From assembly GCA_046259385.1 (NCBI GenBank), contig JBJYWI010000013.1:7529-71528 (forward strand): a stretch of 64,000 bases of DNA, written 5' to 3'. This DNA is from Anaerolineales bacterium. GTDB taxonomy: Bacteria > Chloroflexota > Anaerolineae > Anaerolineales > UBA4823. Shown here piece by piece: positions 1 to 9,653 of the stretch. The first letter of the stretch is position 1. Every line of letters starts with the position of its first letter. A program made the position numbers and the translations under genes. The notes under the pieces were generated by a model, which did no database searches, was not told the origin of the DNA, and saw nothing but the letters and a program-made list of their open reading frames with translations.

Positions 1-551
1 GCAACAGCGGTTAACTCGGAAATGTCTTCAGTAAAGGGGATATTGAGCTCGCGCGCGAATATCTCACCCACCTCTTGGCGGGTCAGGTGAACAGCTGGAG
101 TGATGATATGAGATGGAGCCTGTTTGTTCAATTGGATAATGAATTCGCCCAGATCGGTTTCAACCACATTTATCCCTGCAGCTTCCAGTGCTGGGTTGAT
201 GTGTATCTCCTCGCTGACCATTGACTTGGATTTCGCGACAAGCCGGGCATTCTTGCGCCGAACTATATCCAGGATTATTTCAATCGCCTGATTGGCGCTC
301 TCTGCTCGATGAATATTTATCCTGTTAGCCTGCGCATTCTTGATAAATTGATCCAGATACTCCTCAAGGTGCTCAATCACCCTTTCTCTTATCTGACGGG
401 CCTGCTTGCGCATTGTTTGAAGATCATCCGGTAGTGTTGCGTATGCCGCCCCGATCGCAGACAAGCGCCTTTCGGCGTTCAAATCCAACGCATCCTGCAG
501 GTTTTTATCTTCCAGAGCCCCTATTATCTTCTTTCGAAATGGAGAGACCAT
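1..551 (-). CDS. lutB: Lactate utilization protein LutB (Fe-S / DUF162 family), N-terminal part; the 3' end runs off the window
   Basis: Not in the ORF track because it is open to the window edge. My translation of the minus strand from ATG (549-551) gives MVSPFRKKIIGALEDKNLQDALDLNAERRL...RLVAKSKSMVSEEIHINPALEAAGINVVETDLGEFIIQLNKQAPSHIITPAVH. This matches the conserved LutB N-terminus as I remember it (KSKSM..EE, ETDLGE.I.Q, PSHI..PA.H). It starts 24 nt downstream of lutA on the same strand. Confidence 0.8.
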   Translation of the reverse strand, partial: MVSPFRKKIIGALEDKNLQDALDLNAERRLSAIGAAYATLPDDLQTMRKQARQIRERVIEHLEEYLDQFIKNAQANRINIHRAESANQAIEIILDIVRRKNARLVAKSKSMVSEEIHINPALEAAGINVVETDLGEFIIQLNKQAPSHIITPAVHLTRQEVGEIFARELNIPFTEDISELTAV

Positions 552-575
552 CTACTTTCTCAAAAAGGAAAAATA

Positions 576-1328
576 CTACCCTAATAATCCTTTACCATCT
601 GACCGGCTGGATAGAACCTGTGCAATATGAACAGCACGCAAATCTTTCCCGCGCCGGTGTAAACCGCCGTTGATATGGGTCATGCACCCTGCATCACAGG
701 TTACAACAAGGTCAGATTTGCTGTCTTCTATATTCCATATCTTGCGTTCCAGCATCGCCGTGGACACTTCCGGATATTCGGCGGAAAACACACCCCCAAA
801 CCCGCAGCATTCAGTTGAATAAGGCAGTTCAACCAGTTGAGCCCCTTCAACCGCCTTCAGCAAATCGCGCGGCTGGGAATTCACCCCTAGATCGCGCAGT
901 AAATGGCATGAGGGATGGTAGGCGATTCTTGCGGGTAGATGGGCGCCAAGCTCATTTACTCCAAGGTAATCAACAATAAATTCGGATAACTCGTATATCC
1001 TTTTAGCAATTGCTTCCGCCCGACTTAACCAGGTCTCATCGCCTGAAAATAATTCCATGTAGCCGTGTTTTACCATCGCAGTACATGACCCTGAAGGCGC
1101 TACTATCGGGCCATCTGTATCCTCAAAAATATTGATGAAGTGCTCCGCAACAGGTCGTGAGAGATGTCGAAGTCCGGCGTTAAAAGCAGGCTGCCCGCAG
1201 CAGGTTTGCTCTGGTGGGACCTCCACCTCAACCCCCGCACGTTCAAGCACATCGATTACATCAAACCCAATTTTCGGATACAGGGTATCAATTATGCAGG
1301 TGATAAACAGCTGGACTTTTTCTGGCAT
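576..1328 (-). CDS. lutA: Lactate utilization protein LutA ((Fe-S)-binding CCG-domain oxidoreductase)
   Basis: 250-aa ORF. The N-terminus KVQLFITCIIDTLYPKIGFDVIDVLERAGVEVEVPPEQTCCGQPAFNAG is typical of LutA/GlpC-like proteins. A second CCG motif (STECCGFGG) follows. lutB is directly downstream. Confidence 0.85.
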   Translation of the reverse strand: MPEKVQLFITCIIDTLYPKIGFDVIDVLERAGVEVEVPPEQTCCGQPAFNAGLRHLSRPVAEHFINIFEDTDGPIVAPSGSCTAMVKHGYMELFSGDETWLSRAEAIAKRIYELSEFIVDYLGVNELGAHLPARIAYHPSCHLLRDLGVNSQPRDLLKAVEGAQLVELPYSTECCGFGGVFSAEYPEVSTAMLERKIWNIEDSKSDLVVTCDAGCMTHINGGLHRRGKDLRAVHIAQVLSSRSDGKGLLG

Positions 1329-1512
1329 ACGGCGATTATTTTACCCCTCGTGTATGCTTGAAGCAAGGCGCAAACGAAACAACACCATCCTAATAAAAAT
1401 GACTAAAAATTGGCGTCTATGGTATCATTGGGTTTTGCAAATTCGCCTGAAATGGGCAAAAAATTATAAAATATCTTGTGTAATGAATTTTTTTGGGTGC
1501 ATATAAATAAAA

Positions 1513-3684
1513 ATGACGTCAATTCAAGCCAAAATAACAAATCATTTCAGCCTGCCCCGCCGCATAGAAAGGCTGGGTGAGCTTGCATATAACCTATGGT
1601 GGACCTGGAACCCTGATGCCCAGCGCTTATTTATGAGCATCGACCGGGAATTATGGGAACGTGTTTATCATAATCCGATATGCTTTCTTCGGCGGGTTGA
1701 ACGCCCTCAGTTAAATGCCGTAACCAACAACCGCTACTACCTCGATGTTTACAATCGAATTATGCGCGAATTTGACGCTTACATGGATCCCGAAGAAACC
1801 TGGTTCGCGACCCATTACCCCGAATTAACCGGAGACCAGATCGCCTATCTTTCGATGGAATTCGGGCTGCACGAGGTACTGCCGATTTACGCTGGCGGTC
1901 TTGGAATTCTCTCCGGTGACCATACCAAAGAAGCCAGCGATTTGGGACTGCCGTTTGTCGCAATTGGTTTCTTTTACACCGAGGGTTACTTCACCCAGCA
2001 TATCTCCGAAGACGGCTGGCAGGAAGCCCGTTATATCGACTACCCGTTCGAAGACCTGCCGGTGATGCCCATTTACGGAGAAAACGGCGAACCGCTCGAT
2101 ATCTCAATCGAACTTCCTGGAAGGGATGTGTTTGCACGCTTATGGAAGATCCAGGTAGGCAGGGTACCTCTATACCTTCTCGACACCAACTTTGAGAAGA
2201 ACACAACCCACGATCGGGCTTTAACCGCCAGATTATACAGCAGCGATCCTGACCTGCGAATATCCCAGGAAATTCTGCTTGGAATCGGGGGGGTACGTGC
2301 TCTGCGGGCGCTGGGTTATGACCCCAGCGTATGGCATATGAACGAAGGTCATTCTGCATTTCTGATCCTGGAACGCCTGCAAGAACAAATCCAGCAGGGA
2401 AAGTCATTTAAGGAAGCGGAACAGCAGATCAGAACCAGCAATGTTTTCACCACCCACACACCCGTGCCAGCCGGGAACGACGAGTTTCCACTCTGGCTGA
2501 TTGACAAATATTTTTCTCATTTATATGAGCAATTGGATATTGATCGAGACAGCTTTATCAACCTGGCCCGAAATGTAGTGGATTGGGGAGAAACATTCAG
2601 CATGCCAATTCTTGCGCTTCGTTTTTCTGGAGGCCGCAACGCCGTCTCAGAACTGCACGGGCAGGTATCAAGGAAAATGTGGCATAAACTTTGGCCTGAT
2701 CGTGAACTGGAAGATATCCCAATTTTACCTATCACAAACGGGGTTCATACTGGCACATGGTTAGCGCGCCGCTTACATCACCTTTTTGACCATCATCTGG
2801 GTGTGGAATGGATAGAAAAGATAGACGACCCGGATATTTGGGAACGAGTGAACAACATCCCAGATGAGCAGCTTTGGGAAATCAGGAGGCATCTAAAACG
2901 GAAACTGGTCGCCTACATACAGGATCGAGCCCGGCAGCACTGGCGCCAGGGTGGGTGGCACCCGGTTCAGGTTCTTGCCTCAGGGGTTTTGCTGGATCCT
3001 TATGCTCTGACAATCGGTTTCGCCCGCCGTTTTGCGCCATACAAACGTGCGAATCTGATTATGCAGGATCTGGAACGCCTGCTCGCTCTTGTAAACAACA
3101 ATAAGCGACCGGTGCAGGTTATTTTTGCAGGAAAAGCCCATCCTGACCATGAAGAAGGAAAATTATTGATCCAGGAGGTATATCGCCAGGTAAAGAAACC
3201 CGAAAGTGCAGGTCGTCTTGTTTTTCTGGAGGATTATGATATGAACCTGGCGCGCTACCTGACCCAGGGAGTCGATGTTTGGCTGAATACACCCCGCAGA
3301 CCAAATGAGGCTTCCGGCACATCCGGTCAGAAAGCCGCCATCAACGGCGTTCTTAACTTCTCGGTTCTAGATGGTTGGTGGCGCGAGGGTTATAACGGTA
3401 AAAATGGCTGGGCGATTGGAAAGGACACCGATTATACAGATCTCGAGATCCAGGATAAATCAGACGCAGCCAGCCTGTATGACATACTCGAAAAAGAAAT
3501 CATTCCGCTTTACTACCGCATCCGGTCTTCAGATGGAGTGCCGGGAGATTGGATCGCCACAATGAAGGAATCCATCAGAACCCTGGCACCTCAATTCTGT
3601 ACGCGCCGGATGTTGAACGACTACCTGCACCAGCTATATCTTCCGGCATTACAAAACGTGCAAAAAGAGGAAGTGATCGCCTAA
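1513..3684 (+). CDS. glgP: Alpha-glucan family phosphorylase (GT35, maltodextrin/glycogen phosphorylase type)
   Basis: 723-aa ORF. The N-terminus RIERLGELAYNLWWTWNPDAQRLF is the DUF3417-type start of this family. GGLGILSGDHTKEASDLGLPFVAIGFFY is present. EASGTSGQKAAINGVLNFSVLDGWW matches the PLP-lysine region of GT35 phosphorylases. Confidence 0.85.
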   Translation: MTSIQAKITNHFSLPRRIERLGELAYNLWWTWNPDAQRLFMSIDRELWERVYHNPICFLRRVERPQLNAVTNNRYYLDVYNRIMREFDAYMDPEETWFATHYPELTGDQIAYLSMEFGLHEVLPIYAGGLGILSGDHTKEASDLGLPFVAIGFFYTEGYFTQHISEDGWQEARYIDYPFEDLPVMPIYGENGEPLDISIELPGRDVFARLWKIQVGRVPLYLLDTNFEKNTTHDRALTARLYSSDPDLRISQEILLGIGGVRALRALGYDPSVWHMNEGHSAFLILERLQEQIQQGKSFKEAEQQIRTSNVFTTHTPVPAGNDEFPLWLIDKYFSHLYEQLDIDRDSFINLARNVVDWGETFSMPILALRFSGGRNAVSELHGQVSRKMWHKLWPDRELEDIPILPITNGVHTGTWLARRLHHLFDHHLGVEWIEKIDDPDIWERVNNIPDEQLWEIRRHLKRKLVAYIQDRARQHWRQGGWHPVQVLASGVLLDPYALTIGFARRFAPYKRANLIMQDLERLLALVNNNKRPVQVIFAGKAHPDHEEGKLLIQEVYRQVKKPESAGRLVFLEDYDMNLARYLTQGVDVWLNTPRRPNEASGTSGQKAAINGVLNFSVLDGWWREGYNGKNGWAIGKDTDYTDLEIQDKSDAASLYDILEKEIIPLYYRIRSSDGVPGDWIATMKESIRTLAPQFCTRRMLNDYLHQLYLPALQNVQKEEVIA

Positions 3685-3691
3685 ATTCTTT

Positions 3692-4222
3692 ATGGTCGAA
3701 CTATTAACTTCGCCCCAGTCCTGGCTGGGAGCAGGCTTGATTTTCATCCTGCGGGTCGTCGAAATGAGTCTGGATACTATTCGGGTCCTTATGGTCATGA
3801 GAAACCGGAAAGGTCTTTCATGGACCCTGGGTTTCTTTCAGGCCTCGTTGTTTGTCGTCGCGATTAGCTATGTCCTTTCAGATCTGGACAACCCTGTTAA
3901 TGTGCTTGGTTACGCGGCCGGATTTGCAACCGGCACCTTGGTTGGAATGCTGATCGAAGAAAAACTCGCCATCGGACATATCCAGCTGAATATCATCAGC
4001 TCCTCCTTCGGGTCGGCTATCGCCGAGGAATTGCGTGCTGAGGGATTTGCACTCACAGAAATACCTGCCCGCGGTAAAGACGGCACGGTAACAATGCTTT
4101 CCTGCAGTGTGCTGCGCAGAAATGTTTACAAAGCTCGGCAGATCATCAATCAAATCGATCCAACTGCATTTATCACTGCAGAGGATATCCAGCCCGTTCG
4201 GCGCGGTTTCTGGCGCGCCTGA
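3692..4222 (+). CDS. UPF0316 / DUF2179-family small membrane protein (copy 1)
   Basis: 176-aa ORF with three N-terminal hydrophobic segments and a soluble C-terminal domain (AEELRAEGFALTEIPARGKDGTVTMLSCSV...DPTAFITAEDI) typical of the UPF0316/DUF2179 layout. Alignable over its full length with the next gene. Confidence 0.7.
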   Translation: MVELLTSPQSWLGAGLIFILRVVEMSLDTIRVLMVMRNRKGLSWTLGFFQASLFVVAISYVLSDLDNPVNVLGYAAGFATGTLVGMLIEEKLAIGHIQLNIISSSFGSAIAEELRAEGFALTEIPARGKDGTVTMLSCSVLRRNVYKARQIINQIDPTAFITAEDIQPVRRGFWRA

Positions 4223-4236
4223 AGTTATAATCCCCG

Positions 4237-4749
4237 ATGTCAGCAGTACTTTTTTCTGCGCTTCTAATCTTTTTTCTGCGCGTTCTGGATATTACACTTT
4301 ATACGCTGCGCTTATTAATGGTGACGCGTGGGCGTAAGGCACTCGCCTGGATTTTTTCATTTATCAAATCTATTATCTTCGTTATTACCATTCAACTCGT
4401 ACTCAAAGACATAGATAACTGGCTGAAGATCCTTGGATATGCGACCGGTTTTGCGACCGGTCTCGTAGTGGGGATGTGGCTAGAGGAACGCATTGCTGTG
4501 GGGTTAAGCCATCTTCGTGTCATCAGTCCAAAGCGAGGCTCGGAGTTGGGCGATCGTTTACGCGCAGAGGGATACGCGGTTACCGAGATCCCATCTAGGG
4601 GCAGGGATGGGGTGGTAACGCTGATTGATATGGATGTCTTGCGGAAAAAAACTTCCCGGGTTGTCGATATTATTTCCAGCATCGATCCGGAAGCCTTCAT
4701 CACTTCAAGTTCAGTCCGCTCCGCACAGCACGGATTTTTTCGCCGCTAA
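4237..4749 (+). CDS. UPF0316 / DUF2179-family small membrane protein (copy 2, tandem paralog)
   Basis: 170-aa ORF that starts 14 nt after copy 1. Same architecture (GDRLRAEGYAVTEIPSRGRDGVVTLIDMDV...DPEAFITSSSV). Confidence 0.7.
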   Translation: MSAVLFSALLIFFLRVLDITLYTLRLLMVTRGRKALAWIFSFIKSIIFVITIQLVLKDIDNWLKILGYATGFATGLVVGMWLEERIAVGLSHLRVISPKRGSELGDRLRAEGYAVTEIPSRGRDGVVTLIDMDVLRKKTSRVVDIISSIDPEAFITSSSVRSAQHGFFRR

Positions 4750-4883
4750 ACCGCCTGCCTAAATAATTCCCGAAAAAGATCCCGCTTATATGTAGCGTGT
4801 CAGAGCCTGTGAGAAAAAACAGGGTGGAAAAATAATAGGGACTTTTCGGCCAAAAAGAAATTTTAAGTAACAAGGAGTTGATT

Positions 4884-5772
4884 ATGGTCGAGAAAAAAAT
4901 CGACATAAGCAACAGTATGTAGCATACGTAGAAAAACTCGCAAGAAATCTTCTGCAGAAGAAAAGATCTGCATCGTCTTGGACGGTCTGAGGGGTTAGAC
5001 GACCATCGCGGAGCTATGCAGGTTTGAGGGGATCGACCAGAACTTGTATTACAAGTGGAGTAAAGAATTTCTTGAAGCTGGCAAGCAGCGCCTGGCTGGA
5101 AATACCAACCATCAGGCGACCAGTGATGAAGTAAAGGATTTGCAGATAGGAAATCAAAACCACGCCAGTTCTGGAACAGGATATCGGAGCATGCCAGGCA
5201 GTAGGTTGTCGATCTAGCACTGGGCTTTCCGGACAAATCTCCCAGACAAATAGCATGGTATTTCGTGGATAAAATGGGTTATTTCATCTCAGAATCGATT
5301 GTTTACCGGATTCTGAAAAGCTTTGTCTTGGTGCAAAGCCTAATTTTCCATATGGTTCCAGCCAAACAAAGGGGAGAAAGCCAGAGTCAGGCACTATCCC
5401 AGGCTGCTCACTGACAATAGCCCAGCCTACATCTCCAAAGAACTGGCCAGATTCCTGAAACGCAAGCATCTTGAGTATATTCTGGGTGCGCCTTACAATC
5501 CCATGACTCAGGGCAAGATTGAACGATTTCATCGCTCAATGAAAATTATGGTCCTGCTGCAAAATTATTATTCACCACCAGAGCTTGAAAAAGAACTTAC
5601 TAAATTTGTCAATTAATGCAATAATGATCGCTATCTTGAGTCGCTGTATAACATGACACCAGCAGATATTTACTTTGGAAAGCATGAGGAGGTGATGACG
5701 AGAAGAGAAAAAATCAAGAGGAAGACATTGAAGCAAAGGCGCAGAATAAATTTACTTCATGTCCATGTATAA
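4884..5772 (+). mobile_element. Degraded IS3-family insertion sequence (transposase pseudogene: OrfA HTH piece plus the C-terminal part of a DDE/rve integrase core)
   Basis: AAGGAG (4872-4877) followed by ATG at 4884. My translations give RKTRKKSSAEEKICIVLDGLRG*TTIAELCRFEGIDQNLYYKWSKEFLEAGKQRLAGNTNHQATSDEVKDLQ (IS3 OrfA-like, with an in-frame stop). After a frame change, DNSPAYISKELARFLKRKHLEYILGAPYNPMTQGKIERFHRSMK...YYSPPELEKELTKFVN*CNNDRYLESLYNMTPADIYFGKHEE (rve C-terminus, with an in-frame stop). The N-terminal catalytic half of the integrase is missing. No ORF of 60 aa or more lies in the sense frames. Confidence 0.7.
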
Positions 5773-5900
5773 TCATTTAATCAAAAGTCGGAAAGACTCT
5801 CTTAGTTAAATGCAGATTTTGTCTCAAATGTTCTGCTAACATGTTTTCGACATCGACTGTCCTGGGGACATACACAAATTGATTTTACCAGTGCCTATTA

Positions 5901-8900
5901 ATGAATCTCGATAAAAGGCTCCTGGATCTGCTCCAAAACCCGCAGGAGCGGGTTCTAAGTAAAAACAAAACCCTTCTGTTCCTCTCGATCGGGTTGGGTT
6001 TTCTGGCCGCGCTGACCATTGTCGCCCAAGCCTGGGTACTCAGCCAGGTGGTCAACAGTGTATTTTTGGAGAACAGCTCCCTATCAGGCGAAATTACCCC
6101 CCTTATCTCGCTCTTGATTATTTTTGCTTTGAGAGCAGGTTTTACCTGGGGAAGCGAATTTTCTTCAAGCACGATGGCGATCAGGATCAAGTCAAAACTT
6201 CGCTGTAGTCTGTTTGAACACATTCTCAATTTAGGTCCATCCTATACCAACCAGCAACGGTCCGGCGAATTATCGAGCGTATGTATGGATGGTGTTGAGT
6301 CTGTTGAAGATTACTTCAGGGAGTATCTGCCCGGATTGGTTCTTGCCGCATTAATTCCCATTGTTTACCTGGTCATCATATTCCCTCTGGATAGTTTAAC
6401 GGGATTTGTGCTTTTGTTTACTGCTCCCCTGATCCCGATATTCATGGTGTTGATCGGAGATCGGTCCGCAGCACTTACCAGGCGCCAGTGGACGATTTTG
6501 AGCAGCATGAGCGCCTATTTTCTGGATGTTATCCAGGGTTTGAAAACCTTAAAAGCTTTAGGGCAAAGCGAGAACCAGTCTGATGTTATTGAACGGGTCA
6601 GCGACCAGTTTAGAAGAGCCACGATGAACGTCTTAAGGGTTGCCTTCCTGTCCGCGCTTACGCTGGAACTGGTAGCGACAATCAGCATAGCGATCGTCGC
6701 GGTAGAAATAGGGCTACGCCTGCTGGCTGGCAGTTTCTCATACCGGAATGCGCTCTTCCTTTTAATGCTTGCACCTGAGTTCTATCTCCCTCTGCGCTCT
6801 CTCGGTGCCCGCTTCCATGCTGGAATGGACGGATTGGCGGCTTCAAAGAGGATTTTTGAAATTCTGAACCAGCCTGTGCAGAACGAAGTCAAAACCAGCG
6901 AATCAGCACGGAATCAAACCAACTTCAATCGTCCGTATTCATTCAACCAAATTCGCTTCTCACAGGTCAGTCTGGTTTTTCCGGATGGACGCCGCGCTCT
7001 CAACCGGGTGAATTTCGAAATCTCCCAAGGCCAGAAAATCGCCCTGGTAGGCTCCAGCGGTGCGGGTAAAACCACTATCGCCGAACTGCTGCTCCGCTTT
7101 ATTAATCCCAGCAGCGGCGCTGTTACTCTAGATGGTATACCACTACCCGAGATCCCCCGGCAGATACTGCCGGGCAGCATTTCCTGGGTTCCGCAAAAAC
7201 CCTTCCTTTTTAATGACACGGTCAGATCTAACATCGGTTTGGGGAAACCTGATGCTAGCTCGGAACAGATTGAAAATGCTGCCCGGAAAGCCCATGCTCA
7301 TCAATTTATCAAAAGACTTCCTTCGGGATACGACACAATCGTAGGTGAGGGGGGAACCAGGTTGAGCGCTGGTCAGGCGCAGAGGCTTGTTTTAGCGAGA
7401 GCCTTCCTAAAAGACTCCCCAATCGTCATCCTTGATGAAGCCACCTCGAATCTAGACCCGCGCACCGAAAAGGAGCTTGAAGAATCTTTTGAGCGCCTGT
7501 TATCAAACCGGACCGCTTTGATCATTGCCCATCGCCTGGTAACCATACAGAATGCGGATAAAATCTTTCTGGTCGAAAATGGGGAAGCAAGGGAGATCAG
7601 CAGTATTGATTATCCATATTACACAACTATTGCCAGGAAAAGCCAGGCGCATTTATTTCCAGCTTCATCTCCTATTACCCTGGAAGCCAGACTTGTATCC
7701 CAGGCAAATAAGGAAAAAGAAGTTCCTGAAGACCGAAACCAAAAATCACCTGCGCCCCTTCCAGTTCTTCCTATACCAGCATCTAAGCCGGATCAAACAT
7801 TTCTCCTCAACCCTCCTGGACCAAAAACAGGCGCGGAGGCTGTGCTCCGGCTGATTAGATTGATATCGCCCCATAAATGGATTGTTTTATTGTCAATTAT
7901 GGTAGGCTTCTTAACTGTCGCCAGCGGAATTGGCTTAATGGCTGCCTCTTGCTTTATTATCTCTGCAGCTGCACTTCAGAATTCAATCGCGGACTTGCAG
8001 GTCGCGATTGTTGCGGTGCGGGCGTTTGGCATTTCCCGGGGTGCATTCCGTTACCTTGAGCGCTATCTCTCCCACCAGACAACTTTCCAGTTGCTTGCCC
8101 GTTTTAGGGTCTGGTTTTACGATGCCCTCGAACCACTTGCCCCTGCCAGGACAACCGGCTATAGAAGCGGCGATTTGCTAACCCGCATCCAGAATGATAT
8201 CCAGTCCCTAGATTCATTCTATGTGCGTGCTCTTGCGCCTCCCCTGACTGCAGTTCTGGTGACAGCTGGTATGAGCATAGCTTTGTACATCGTTTCTCCC
8301 AGCCTGGGGATTACCATCTTTGCTTTCATGGTATCAACCGGATTACTGCTGCCGGCCTTTTTACGATCAGTCGGGCGCAAACCGGGCCGGGAACTGGTTT
8401 TGACCAGGTCTGGAATTAACGAGCTAGTTGTGGATGGCATTTCGGGCATCGCTGACCTGCTTGTTTACCAAGCGGGATTGCGCTGGTTAAACCAGGTCAG
8501 GGATTCCAGCCGGAAATTAGCCCGGATTCAGCTAACAATGGCTGGATTAGACTGCTTTTTATCCAGCATGGTTATGACGCTAGCGAATTTATGTATGTGG
8601 TCAATCCTAGTATTATCCATACCCCTCGTCGACTCTGGCCAGCTGAACGGCGTCTACCTGGCTGCTATTCTTCTGGCTTCCCTGACAGCATTTGAAGCAC
8701 TGCTTCCATTGTCACTCTCAGCACAGTACCTGGAAGCGAACATCCTTTCAGCAACACGGCTCTTTGAAATTGTGGACCAGGAACCCGAAGTTCATCAACC
8801 TGCCCACCCAGCAGCGGTTCCCACTGAATTTAAACTCCAAATATCAAATTTGACTTTCCGTTACCCTGAACAGCCGGATTTGTACTCAAAATCCAAAATT

Positions 8901-9611
8901 CTCTTTGAACCAGCAGCAACTGCTGGAGATGTACTGGCAGACATCACCTTTTCGCTCAAGCCGCGGAGAAGAATCGCCATTGTAGGTCCCAGCGGCGGGG
9001 GCAAATCCACTTTGGTCGATCTGCTGCTTAGATTCTGGGAATATGACCGGTCCTGCCATATCTGTCTTGACGGCAGAGAAATCCGGGCTTTCAATCTGGC
9101 GGAACTACGCCGCAACCTGGGTGTGGCGCTTCAAAATGATTACCTGTTCAATGCATCCTTGCGCGACAACCTGCTCGTGGCGCGCCCGTCTGCATCCCAA
9201 AAGGATATAGAAAAAGCGGCGAATCTGGCTCAGCTGACCGGATTCATCAATGCCCTGCCTGCAGGTTTTGATACCCAGGTGGGGGAGCGCGGGTTGAGTT
9301 TGAGCGCGGGCGAGAATCAACGGCTGTCTCTTGGGCGCGTTTTCCTCTCGAAAGCACCCCTGATTATCCTGGATGAACCAACTTCCAATCTTGATATGGT
9401 TACGCAGTCAAAGGTCTTCCAGGCAATCAGGGAATTCACCCGGGACCGCTCGCTTATTCTGGTCACACACTGGCTGCTTGAACTCGACTGGCTGGACCAG
9501 ATCCTGGTGCTCGACCGCGGCAAAATCATTCAGCGCGGGACAGAATCAGAACTGCTCGCCTCGGATGGAATTTTTAATCTAATGTGGACAATCCAATCCC
9601 GGTATTTATAG
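5901..9611 (+). CDS. cydDC: Fused CydD-CydC type ABC exporter (two TMD-NBD halves in one polypeptide; thiol reductant exporter family)
   Basis: 1236-aa ORF. First half: AQAWVLSQVVNSVFLE (CydD-like TM1 region), Walker A GSSGAGKTT, signature LSAGQAQR, Walker B IVILDEATS. A Pro/Lys-rich linker follows (KEKEVPEDRNQKSPAPLPVLPIPASKPDQ). Second half: RGAFRYLERYLSHQTTF (CydC-like), Walker A GPSGGGKST, LSAGENQR, LIILDEPTS. Confidence 0.75.
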   Translation: MNLDKRLLDLLQNPQERVLSKNKTLLFLSIGLGFLAALTIVAQAWVLSQVVNSVFLENSSLSGEITPLISLLIIFALRAGFTWGSEFSSSTMAIRIKSKLRCSLFEHILNLGPSYTNQQRSGELSSVCMDGVESVEDYFREYLPGLVLAALIPIVYLVIIFPLDSLTGFVLLFTAPLIPIFMVLIGDRSAALTRRQWTILSSMSAYFLDVIQGLKTLKALGQSENQSDVIERVSDQFRRATMNVLRVAFLSALTLELVATISIAIVAVEIGLRLLAGSFSYRNALFLLMLAPEFYLPLRSLGARFHAGMDGLAASKRIFEILNQPVQNEVKTSESARNQTNFNRPYSFNQIRFSQVSLVFPDGRRALNRVNFEISQGQKIALVGSSGAGKTTIAELLLRFINPSSGAVTLDGIPLPEIPRQILPGSISWVPQKPFLFNDTVRSNIGLGKPDASSEQIENAARKAHAHQFIKRLPSGYDTIVGEGGTRLSAGQAQRLVLARAFLKDSPIVILDEATSNLDPRTEKELEESFERLLSNRTALIIAHRLVTIQNADKIFLVENGEAREISSIDYPYYTTIARKSQAHLFPASSPITLEARLVSQANKEKEVPEDRNQKSPAPLPVLPIPASKPDQTFLLNPPGPKTGAEAVLRLIRLISPHKWIVLLSIMVGFLTVASGIGLMAASCFIISAAALQNSIADLQVAIVAVRAFGISRGAFRYLERYLSHQTTFQLLARFRVWFYDALEPLAPARTTGYRSGDLLTRIQNDIQSLDSFYVRALAPPLTAVLVTAGMSIALYIVSPSLGITIFAFMVSTGLLLPAFLRSVGRKPGRELVLTRSGINELVVDGISGIADLLVYQAGLRWLNQVRDSSRKLARIQLTMAGLDCFLSSMVMTLANLCMWSILVLSIPLVDSGQLNGVYLAAILLASLTAFEALLPLSLSAQYLEANILSATRLFEIVDQEPEVHQPAHPAAVPTEFKLQISNLTFRYPEQPDLYSKSKILFEPAATAGDVLADITFSLKPRRRIAIVGPSGGGKSTLVDLLLRFWEYDRSCHICLDGREIRAFNLAELRRNLGVALQNDYLFNASLRDNLLVARPSASQKDIEKAANLAQLTGFINALPAGFDTQVGERGLSLSAGENQRLSLGRVFLSKAPLIILDEPTSNLDMVTQSKVFQAIREFTRDRSLILVTHWLLELDWLDQILVLDRGKIIQRGTESELLASDGIFNLMWTIQSRYL

Positions 9612-9653
9612 AGTTAATTAACAAACCACTTAAATCTGCCTCATCACAGGAAA

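Noticed and set aside
4700-5532. Minus-strand ORFs of 178, 80 and 82 aa in the IS-remnant region
   Set aside because: They are antisense to the recognisable transposase fragments, with no motifs and an odd composition. I consider them spurious.
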